A stretch of DNA of 20,000 nucleotides, taken from Ancylonema sp. (lineage: Eukaryota). The DNA lies in assembly GCA_050230475.1 (NCBI GenBank), contig JBFLGF010000120.1, positions 51,030 to 71,029 of the forward strand, given 5' to 3'. Positions 1 through 9,912 of the stretch are shown piece after piece. The notes under the pieces are model-generated. The model worked only from the letters and a program-made list of their open reading frames with translations. It did not search any database and had not been told where the DNA came from. Position 1 is the stretch's first letter; every line of letters starts with the position of its first letter. A program made the translations under genes and the position numbers.

Positions 1-27
1 GTCACGCGTAAGCGTCACGGTCACGTT

Positions 28-165
28 CACAACCCTACACATAACTAGGTTGTGGATTTTACATTTACGTTTTGTTTTACATTAAGTAATACGTCAATTA
101 CCGTTTTTTACGGTAATCTTACCGTAATCTTACAAGTTACATCGATTTGCTCAATTACGTAATAT
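28..165. mobile_element. Possible junction of two adjacent hAT-like element ends
   Basis: CACAACCCTA (28-37), an 8-bp spacer CACATAAC, then TAGGTTGTG (46-54), followed by dense TTAC(G/C) short repeats resembling a subterminal region. The far ends were not located. Confidence 0.35.
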
Positions 166-1283
166 ATGGCCAAAATGGCGATAACACGTTATTTGTAAGG
201 ATTTCGATTGGAGTTATTGAATAAAAAAATAAAAAAATATGTGTGGATACATTTTTTTCCCCATATTTAAAATATATAGTTTGCATATTATATGTCCAAC
301 ATCAACGGAGTTATCGATGTTAATATCTTGTATGTCAATTATTGTGTACTATGAAAAGTTTTACAAGAGTACCTCCAAATCCTCGTACCTCATATTCTTC
401 GACATGTATGTTACCCGAGAGAGTAATGGGGAAAAATGGAATTCCTTCATAAAATGCATTCCGAGCAAGTCCATTTTCGATACCCAATCGGAATGCCGTC
501 CGAGATAATTTTTTTGCCGGTTTGTGCGACTACAATAATGGTATGTCCCTTAAATAAGTTGTCGAGGTGGGTGACAACGGGAGTCGGCATGTTGTATAAC
601 GAAATCGAGGTCCGATTCATCATACGTTTTGCACCTATATGTCGTAGATGTTAACGCGTGGCCCGCGATCTGAGATGATGTGACACGTTTGGGATAACCA
701 TGCCTTGATGGCGGGTATGTAGAAGTTTTTTAGGGTTTTTGGGGGTTCGATATTTAGTTATCCACAAATACCGAACAAAATTTTCTAAAGTTTGAATATC
801 AACTAAAAGACGTACTCTACGTTAAAATAAGAGAGTAACTAGAAAAGCATGAGCCATCCCCAAGCTATGCTTTCTTGAAATCGGGTTCGTAAAAATCCGT
901 AATGTAGCCCCATCCGGACGAACGGTGCAACGCGTTCGGAGAGTTTTTTGTTACCCGCCCGCGCGCGGGGTGCATCATTGGTCTGACATGTGAAACACAA
1001 CCACAGTCCCGCGATTCGATTCGATGATTCGATTCGATGGAGTACTTTCTGTCATCATTGCTTGTTGTACGATAGCAAGGTCCCACAACAGGCCTTTGTC
1101 GTGTCCGGCTTCACCTCTCTTCCCCCTTGCCCCAAAACAGTTGTGGAGGTAGCATAACTGGAGTCCTCGCGGATTTATATCCCCACTCCCCGGGTACCAC
1201 ACATTCCTCCTGAACTGTAGGCGCCTAGAATGAGCCGGAAGTGCATTGAAATTTAAGTCTCTTGCACACGGCTCGTCTCTCAA

Positions 1284-3515
1284 ATGCCGGCCTTTTGGGG
1301 GCGCAGCAAGAGTGGGAGACAGTTTCAGCCCACGGACAAGGCTGTCATGGCCTCCTTGGCCACTATGGCTGCCCGTGTCTTCCCTAATTCAAGAATGCGA
1401 GCCAATAATGCGGTTCTTGTAGGAATACTGGCCTTTGAAATGGGAGGAATCGTGAGGAGGTCCCTGGAGATTTGGGACTCGATGCAGGAGAAGGACCTTT
1501 CGCAGCTAAGGAGAAGCTTACAGGTGCTGACAACAAGTCACATGACATGCCGTACAAAATGCAGTATATGAGTACCTTTTTGCTCTTTCCGACATGATTT
1601 GCGGTGTCTGTAAGATCGATGACTGTAGTTTGCTGTAGAAGGAATGGAAGCTATGCGCGCTACTGCACTTATTAATATGTAGCTCTGAAATTAAAAAAAA
1701 CAGGTGCAAATCGCCGAAGGTGGCTATCCTCAGGAAGTACTCGCGCCAATCTAGGACAGTCTTACGTTTTGAACCTGAAAGCATAACAAACAGGCAGCGC
1801 ACCCCCCAAACTAAAATGCTGAGACGCTGATGGCGACAAAGTCTGGCGGGCTGTGTACTCTGCGCAGGCGGCAGGTATCCAGAACTTAATATCGCCAGAC
1901 AACACGAAGCTGTGGGCTCTCTCTGGTATGTTCTCCACCTTTGCCGTATCTGCGCCCATCCTTTGTCGTATCCGCATCCATCACCGTAGCCACAGCGCTC
2001 AGGTTCCCATTCGACCCAATCGCGGCGACTTTTGCGGGGGTGGTTGTAGGTCTCGAGAAACAGGAGCAGCTGAACGTGCTGGCTTCCCGGGTTGCGGTGC
2101 TGGGCATCACGTGTGCCGACCCGCGCCTGCACGGGCTGACACCTATCATGCCACATGTCGGGCGGTCGCAAGATCCGCAGACGGAGATGGGACAGCTGGA
2201 TGTGCAGCCGAAGGGAGCCGAGCTGCTCATCAGGTGGGAACAACAGAGCAGGAGGGGTTGCAGAAGCAGGTGGACGAACGCGGGGGCTATCAGAGAGGGG
2301 GGGGTGTTTGACGCCCCTCTCTGGACAATTGTAGGGTCGCTATTTCCTGTGTGAGGGCAAATCTTCGTTCTGAAAGTATGTATGGTGGGCATACGAACGA
2401 CTCACACCTGATGTCTCTGTTCCGGTTCTGTATCTGGTCCTCATTCGGGTGCAGGTTCATGAAAGACCAAACCGACATCATCAACAACTTGAAGTGGGAG
2501 ATGGAGACGCTCCAGCACCTATACAGCAGGTGACTTTTTAACCCCCCTCCACCCCCCCCCCCCCCCATGATTCCATCTGAGAAGTCAATGTCGGTGCTGA
2601 TGGTGGTGGAGGGGGGGTGGGAAGTGGAAAGAAAAAAAGTGGAATTGTGGGAAAGGCTCTCAAAGCTTCAGAAATCAATGCCCCTTTCTGCCACTTGTTG
2701 TATCCTTTTTGCCCCTTTTTGCCGCAGGGTGCGCCTGCATGGGGAGACCGATAAGATGCCCGAGATTTTGGCACAGGTTGGTTCCCCCTCCCCACCCTTT
2801 GTCCGCCTGAAGAGGAGGTGGGAACAGGGGCTGAGATGGGTCGCGGGTGGGGTTGCAGAGGGACCTCATCCTCCGTATGCAGGCCAACTGCCTGTGGTCG
2901 CAAAACCTGTACATCTCTGTCCCCCACCCTACAACACACCCACCAAAAAAGGGACAACAGAGTATACATTGCTTGCAGCGTAACCCATCCCCAACTGCCA
3001 GCCTGACCGATGTTGGAGTGGTCGGGGGCTGGGGTTGGGGACCCGGCAGTTAATGGTTCTTATCGTCTCCATGCTCCGGAAGCGCATTTTGGCAATTTCC
3101 GGGAGTGCAGTCCACCCCGACGCCCTCAAGTCGGGCTCATTGGGGCAAGCGGGACTGGCGCTGCACTACACCCACATCGTAGTATTCATCGAACAAATAT
3201 TCAAGGACCCAACGATGGTGCTCGGATCCGCCAGGTCAGCAAAAAATAAAAAAAAAGACGGGATCCGTGCCTGGTTGCTAGTTACAGTAAAACCTGTCTA
3301 AAGGAGTAACCTCTCTAAAGGAATAAAAAATTCCGGTCGCAAAACCGGATTTGTGAGGAACCGTGGCTGTCTAATTGAATAACCTGTCTAAAGGAATATT
3401 ACTTCCCGGTCCCGACAGTATTCCTTTAGACAGGTTTTACTGTATCCGGCCACCCGGTTAACTTCGTAATCGGTAGCCTTGTCGCAACCAGCCATGCTCA
3501 TGGTGTCCGCTTTGC

Positions 3516-3552
<37 letters not shown>

Positions 3553-5968
3553 GGGGGGGGGGGTAGGTCTTGGGTGCAGGGACGAGTTCTACCAGATGCT
3601 CCCCCGCGAGATCCAGGGCGCCGTCCGCATCCACCTCCGCGACAAACGGACGGTCGGCAGCGACCCTCGCATCGAGGAGCGTCTGAAGCGTAGCATGACC
3701 CTCCTCCCCCCCCTGGCGCGCAACACCATCAGCTGGCAGACGGCGCACACCCCCGGGTTGAACTTCATCCCCAAAACCACCGTCTTCCGCGTGCAGACCT
3801 TTGAGTACGCCGACAAGGGCGCTGTCAACCAGGCGCTCGTGGACGTGCTCGTCGGGCTCTGCCACGTGTGCAACACGGACGAGGATGACGTGGCGACCCC
3901 GAGGTCCTCGGGATCGCATCTGGAGGCGCCCGGGATGCGGCCTAGAACTCCCAGGAGGGAGGAGGGCGGCAGGATGGGGCAGGAAGAGGCGCCAGTGTTG
4001 AGGGGAGAGGTGCAGCAGCAGAAGATGGCTTCTTACCGCACGATAGAGCCCAAGGCGGCCGCAGGGGGGGGGGGAGGAGGGGGAGTGGGCTCAGAGCCAC
4101 CTGGACGAGAATGGTGAGCCCCTGGTGCCTGTGTACCAAAACTCGAAAGCAGTGGGGGGCACTTACGACATTTACAACGGAGCGCTGCACTCGGCAGTGG
4201 CGGCTGCGCCGGAGAGGGGGGGGCCGGGGGCGGGGGCGGACTTTGGGTTACGCCACGGGGAAGGGGAGTATGGGGAGGGGGCGTCTCCGCTAGACTCCCC
4301 CCCTGGGGCCCCCAATGACCTCTACCACACAGCGCCTTCTCAAAATGAGTACTCTGCAGCGGGCTACAATGAGTACATCCCCCCTGGGGGCGGGGGGGGG
4401 GGGAGGGGGAGGGGGGAGTTGGACATTTACGGCAGTGACCCCCCCCCCATAAACGGCCACGAGGATTATGGGGCGGATTCAGACTACTCCCGCCAGTCCA
4501 GCATGCAGTATGAGGACAGGAGCGCAGCCCGCAGGGCCACCCTCCAGCCCCCCCCCCCCAACCACGTCAACGGGGTTGGGGCCTACGCTGCAGAGGCGGC
4601 CGTGAGGGCGGAGGCCGCCACCCGTACGGAGCGGTGGGTGGAACCGGCGGTTACCCTGGGGGCGGTACAGCTGAGGAGGATGGACTCGCAGGGGAGGGGG
4701 GACCTGCCGCAGGGGGGGCTGCTGAGGAGGATGGATTCGCAGGGGAGGGGGGACAACCCCAACCCCAACCCCCAGCTGCGGAGGATGGACTTGCAGGGGC
4801 GGGGGGATCGGGAGAGGGAGAGGGAGAGGGAGAGGGAGCCCAATTTGAGGCGTATGGATTCCCTGGGGAGGAACCAGGGCGGAGAGCCCCAACTGCGCAG
4901 GATGGATTCCCAGGGGAGGAGTCTGGAGCAGCCCCAGCTGCGGAGGATGGACTCGCAGGGAAGGGGGGATAGCAGCGGGCAGTTCCGACGGATGGATTCG
5001 ATGGGGAGGAATGACAACCCCAACCCCAACCCCAACCCCCAACCCCAACTGCGGAGGATGGATTCCCAGGGGCGGAATGATAACAGGGAGCTGAGGAGGA
5101 TGGATTCGCAGGGGCGGGGGGATAACCCCAACCCCAACCCCCAGCTGCGGCGGATGGACTCGCAGGGGCGGAACGATAGCGGGGGGGGAAACCTTTGCAG
5201 AATGGATTCGCTGGGGAGGAACGAGAACTCCATCCCCAACCCCCAGCTGCGGCGGATGGACTCCCAGGGGCGAAACGACAGCGGGGGGTGGAACCTGCGC
5301 AGAATGGACTCCCTTGGGCGAACAGCTGCGCAGCGGGGGGGGGGGGCCAGCCTCGAGGTCCTGCTCGGGGGGTTCAACGGCCCCCCCGGGGGTGGGCTGC
5401 AGAGGACAATCTCGGTTGGGGAGGCCCAGTTCAGGAGAATGGATTCCCTGAAGCGCGTGGACGGGGGGGGGAACACAGCCCTCCAGCGAATGGATAGTCT
5501 GAGTCGGGTGGAAGGGAGCGGAAACAATCTCCGTAGGATGGATAGCATGGGGAGGACGGATGCAGGGGGGGGGGGGGGTTGCGGAGGATGGATAGCATGG
5601 GGAGGTCGGATGCCGGGGGTGGGGGGGGTCTGCGGCGGATGGACTCCATGGGTCGATCCGACAGCGGGGGGCTGAGGCGCATGGACTCGCTGGGCCGGAA
5701 TCCGGGGTCCAAAACACGCAAAGCAATCCATATCGAGGTTTCTCGATCCACGGGGGAGAAGCAGGTGACGATCAACGTGGCCACCCTCATGGCCAACCAC
5801 GCCGCGAAGCCGCCCACGTCCAACCGCCCCCCGCCGCAGTTCGCCCCCGTGGCCTTGGACCCACGGGAGAAGAGGGGCGCCCTCAGACCCACGCGCAGCA
5901 TGAGGGCCAAACCCAAGTCAAGGGGACTGTGTTCTTGTGCGGGGTGGTCGAATATGGTGATGGACTAA
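1284..5968 (+). CDS. Spliced DUF3475 + DUF668 (PSK SIMULATOR/PSI-like) plant protein with a long repetitive C-terminal extension, about 1080 aa after correcting two homopolymer frameshifts
   Basis: Exons read by hand with GT-AG junctions and consistent phases: 1284-1523, 1868-1925, 2050-2233, 2455-2529, 2728-2776, 2859-~2918 (donor uncertain), 3050-3234, 3580-5968. Joined protein shows family motifs: GILAFEM..., GIQNLIS, CADPRLH, LWSQNL, SLGQAGLALHYTHIVVFIE, ARDEFYQMLP, PLARNTISWQ, VQTFEYADK...LVDVLVGL. The frame changes at the G11 run (4064-4074) and the G14 run (5565-5578). Stop TAA ends at 5968. Confidence 0.88.
3285..3442. mobile_element. 158-bp pogo/Tc1-mariner-type MITE in an intron of the PSI-like gene
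   Basis: Perfect 21-bp TIR CAGTAAAACCTGTCTAAAGGA (3285) / TCCTTTAGACAGGTTTTACTG (ends 3442). TA on both sides (3283-84, 3443-44). Internal copies of AACCT(G/C)TCTAAAGGAATA near 3308 and 3381. Confidence 0.9.
4671..5697 (+). repeat. Coding tandem array of 19 [LF]-[RQC]-R-M-D-S-type motifs with variable low-complexity linkers (NPNPNP, ERERE, GGGGG)
   Basis: Counted in the 4125-5675 and 5579-5968 frames: 19 RMD[S/L] cores, 18 with Ser. A near-identical DNA duplication is visible at ~4722-4790 versus ~5091-5159. Confidence 0.92.
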
Positions 5969-7786
5969 GGGGAGGAGAGGATCCGGGATTGTTTGGGCTC
6001 ATTGTTGGGGTCTGCGGCCCTCGATGACATGCGGCCCCAAAGGGAGATACAGATGCATGGTTGTGTACAGAAATCTGGGAGGTCATGCGTGGGAAGTCAA
6101 TTTACTCATGGTGATTATTGAGTGATTGGACTTCAGGGTGGGGGTAGATCTTTGTTGCTAGTGGCGGGGTTTGAATCAGAAGTATAGAGCATAGATGGGT
6201 TGTGATTGTCCGAGTTCCGATCGTGTTCCGATCATCAACGTTTCTTAGTTTATTTATTTTTCGGATTTTGGGTGTATTCAATACTCTTTTTTTTTTTGGA
6301 CGATCGGAACTATGACCGGGAATATTCCGACTAGATGGGGGCCTTCATAGATTGGAGAAGTTTCAAGTGAAGAATTTCCTCGTTACCTGAGTCAAACGAT
6401 TGTTTGAGTGTGCGCAGGAAAACCACTATTTGGTTGACATACGCTTAAAACATTTGAATGTTAGTGTTTCTTCCTTTTGCCCTTTCTTATGTTACAATGG
6501 CCACGTGATTCTTCAACATAATTGGACGGCGCTCAAAGTTTGTGTTTGAAAAGACACGGCCAGTCATGGCATCTCCGACATTGAAGGTGCTCGGAAACAT
6601 CGGATGACCTTGAGGGGGGTATAGATTGAACGCCTCATAGGGAATTACGGATGAACGACGAAACCCCATTTGGGTCCAGAATGTGTAGGGATCTGATGGA
6701 CTGTTCCAGTGACGTATCGATATGAATCGTTACTCAACACTAGCAAAACATGTAGGTAACAAGATACTACATGTGCCACAAAGTATATATCTACCCAGAT
6801 CAACCCGAGATATAAAGTGTGCCAACACTTTAGAGATTCCAACTACAACAACTACGTCACTCCCAACTCCAATCCCCAACTAGTATCACGTCCCAAATTG
6901 TTTTAACTAACTATCCAAAGGAAGAAATGCGATGGGTGCCAAAGTGCGAGACGAAATCAGCACACTTCTGAGGCTCAAGGGCATTCCAGCCACAACAACC
7001 TTATTAAAACAGGCAAACCATAGACGATTGCAAGTGCATGTGTAATCAAAAGTAAGTCGTCCGGGAAATGTGCCGGAAAGGTGTACAATGAGTCCTCTCC
7101 TAGACGCTAATAGGCGGGCACCAACGAGCTCAACGGAGCAGCGTTGGTCCAAAAGTCTAACCTGACGGTCGCACGCGGGACAGCGACACCCCGTTCGCTA
7201 GATCTGGAACTATCGACTTAGGACTTATGGGATGCAAGAAATCCTAGAGGACCAATAGAAACCGAGCACCGCGAACCAACCGCGGAAGGTTCGTGGTCAC
7301 CTAAATTCAACGCTAGCAAGACTGGAACATTCTCGTCCTTAATCCTCGGCATAACGAACACAAGCACCTCTACAGCCTTAACGGCAAAGGAACCCGCTAC
7401 AGCCACACGAGGCCTCTCTATACGACACCCGGTCCGGTCTAGAATCAGTACGAAACCTTGACACCCACTGAAAACGACTCAAGTATTATGTTGGGCAATT
7501 AGTGTGGGCGCTCGTTAACTCAAAAACACAATAATACGTTGAGTCCTCAGACTACTGTCGAAGAACTCATAGTTCTTTATAAATAGTGGTTTTTTTTTTT
7601 TTTTGCGTTCACATACTATTTTCATGTACCATAGCTAAGCTACGCAGAGCGCCAAACATTTGAAGTCTCGCTATGCAATTCGGAGTATCGTGATGAATTC
7701 AATCATTTTTGGTGACGATATGAAACTTGTCTGTACAAATTTTTTAGGTGTAGGTTCACATGCTTAAAAACTTGAAGTGTTGATAA

Positions 7787-8900
7787 CATAGTTGCACGAT
7801 CTCCGAACCGTTTCCGAACCAAATCTTATATGGAACCGGTTCCGACAAAAGTGGCCGCGGTTCGGAACCGGAGGATTTAGGTTTCTTTCACTTAAACGTC
7901 ATTTTGAGGGGTTATATGTAGGGTTATAAATTTGACGTTATCCGGGCTTCGGCGAAAGTATTACGGAAGAAATTTACGAATGATAGTAGTATCATTATTT
8001 TACAAAAACCCTTGTAAATTGACGATGGCCTTACATGTAAATCTTAATTGAGGTAATTACTAATTTACAGTCATGACAATTAAAAAGTAAAAATTACACC
8101 TAGCAAATTGGGGACACTTTAGAGACGCCATATTCCCTCCCCCCCCCCCCCCCCCCCCCTCTTCCCGGCATTCTCTATGCGTGAGAGTGCCTCACACTCT
8201 ACTATCTTCCTCGTGCAATAACATACTAGGACTTCCGCTGTAGAACCACGTTTCAGTAGACAACGATGTAATGGAGTCAACAACTACAACATACTTGACA
8301 ACATAGTTACAACGTTCTGGCGGACAACAATGTTATGTAGAACGACGACGCCATGAAAGTCATGTGATGGAATACCCTAGTGACTTGGAATCCCCATGAC
8401 ATATTTCGTCTTCCACGCTGGAGGACGATTCTTGTAAAGAAGATATAAGGATGGACGAACACTATTTTATATGTGTTGATGAAGTCTTGTTTGTTGTAAA
8501 ATATAATAAAATGAATAGAATCATGAATTAGTTAAAATATGTGGTTTGTGTACGTGTGTATATCAGAGAAATGAAGCAAACTCATTTTCTAAGGTACACA
8601 GTGCCAACACGATAGCAATGCAAGTTGGTAGTAAGTTTTTACATGTTGTTAAAAAATGCAATTTTAACATTGCATTTTGTGATGGAGAAAAGGCCACATC
8701 TAGCACTAGAAGTAGGTTCAGAAATAAATGGAATATTGGACTTGAGGGGAGATGATGCACTACAACATGGAAAGGAAAATTATAGATACATAAACCGAAA
8801 GTATCATACCACCCCTGGTCCGGCATCTTTGGCCGGAAATGAATGACCTCGGTACGGAATCGGAACCTCGGAGCCCCGGTCCGCGAGTCCGAGCAACTAT
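7787..8900. mobile_element. Longer, diverged non-autonomous hAT-like element of the same family as 11663-12013
   Basis: Left end CATAGTTGCACGA at 7787 with CCGAACC/GGAACCGG subterminal repeats. Right end ...GTCCGAGCAACTAT at 8900. 8792-8900 aligns by eye with 11905-12013. No matching TSD was found, so the pairing of the two ends is inferred. Confidence 0.6.
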
Positions 8901-9292
8901 CATGTTTTCAATAGATGAGCCCGCCCCAGTAAATTACTAATGTTCTCGAGACGAGCACAGGTTGTACCGTCCCGGGCTGAAATGCGGAGCGGGGCCATTA
9001 GCCGAATCGAAGCTATCCGATATGTAGACATCTATCGACGAATCAGAGTGTTCCCCTTGAATCTTCGATAAATGTATATATCGTTACTATATACGCCTTA
9101 ATGCTATCTTGCCATCTTCAATCATACTTGGCAACTCTGTATTTTTCATTTTTGCCGTCCTCAAGCGTAGCTGTCGTAGCGCTAGGGATCAGTAGCTTAG
9201 TGCGGGTTCTCCCCCGTTGTAGCCGATCGGTTACTACCAGTAACCGATAACCAGTAACTTACTGGTAGATACGCCCCTACCGTAACTAAGTG

Positions 9293-9912
9293 CAGTACTC
9301 CCTCGATATAACGACAAAAAAAAATCCATAAAAGTGTCGTTATATCGAGGTGTCGTTATACAGTGTATGACGACATTTACTACTAGAATCTGAAATCTAT
9401 GTCGTTGTATCGAGGGACTTTGCGAATGAATCAAAGTGAATAAGAAAAAGTGTTTATTATGTGTTTCCTAGAGTAAGTTGCCTTGGCATGATTATTAATT
9501 TCAGCGTGTGTATTGATATACGATCTATACAAGTGCGTCATGATACCAATACATGCGGATGGACAAAATATACCATAAAATTTTACGAGGAGAGTTGGGG
9601 AGGTATCAAGGTTGTTACAAAGCAACACCGGACACGCACATTCTATTGGACCTATATAGAATTCTACATAGAATTTGAGGTGCCGTTCTATATTTTTCTC
9701 GATTTCCATACATCGTTATCTGCGAGCAATAGCGTTATATACACAGTATAACGACATTCAGTAACAAATTTCTGAAATAATTTGTCATTATATAGAGTGT
9801 CGTTATGCTTATATCGAGGGCGATTTCATATTGATTTTAAAAAAGTTCCCAAAAACTGTCGTTATACCGAGGTTCCCGTTATATCGAGGGTCGTTATATC
9901 GAGGGAGCACTG
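9293..9912. mobile_element. 620-bp pogo/Tigger-like (Tc1-mariner) MITE
   Basis: TIRs match 22/23: CAGTACTCCCTCGATATAACGAC at 9293 and GTCGTTATATCGAGGGAGCACTG ending 9912. Right flank TA, left flank TG (decayed TA). Several internal GTCGTTATATCGAGG-like subterminal copies near both ends. Confidence 0.88.

Noticed and set aside
1013..1038. (GATTC)n-like microrepeat upstream of the PSI-like start codon
   Set aside because: A few copies of a simple repeat with no evidence of regulatory function.
3479..3579. Poly-Phe/Gly N-terminus of the 212-aa ORF
   Set aside because: This is an intronic T35/G11 homopolymer upstream of the acceptor at 3579.
4671..5697. Repeat-spacer DNA pattern (ATGGA[CT]TC cores with variable spacers) as a CRISPR or recombination array
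   Set aside because: Spacers keep the reading frame apart from one poly-G run, and the cores vary synonymously, so it is a protein repeat.
4479..5800. Long minus-strand ORFs (415 aa, 405 aa)
   Set aside because: They are antisense shadows of the GC-rich repetitive exon. Synonymous variation shows selection acts on the plus-strand RRMDS frame.
6487..7430. Short ORFs downstream of the PSI-like gene
   Set aside because: No recognisable motifs or consistent exon chain. They may be decayed TE sequence.
7476..7545. Imperfect inverted repeat GACTCAA-GTATTAT...ATAATACGTTGAGTC
   Set aside because: Short, gapped and without a clear TSD, so not enough to call an element.
8162..8355. Faint resemblance (TSAVEPRFS) to a hAT dimerisation-domain motif inside the 7787-8900 element
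   Set aside because: Too short and interrupted by a stop. It cannot be supported without an HMM search.
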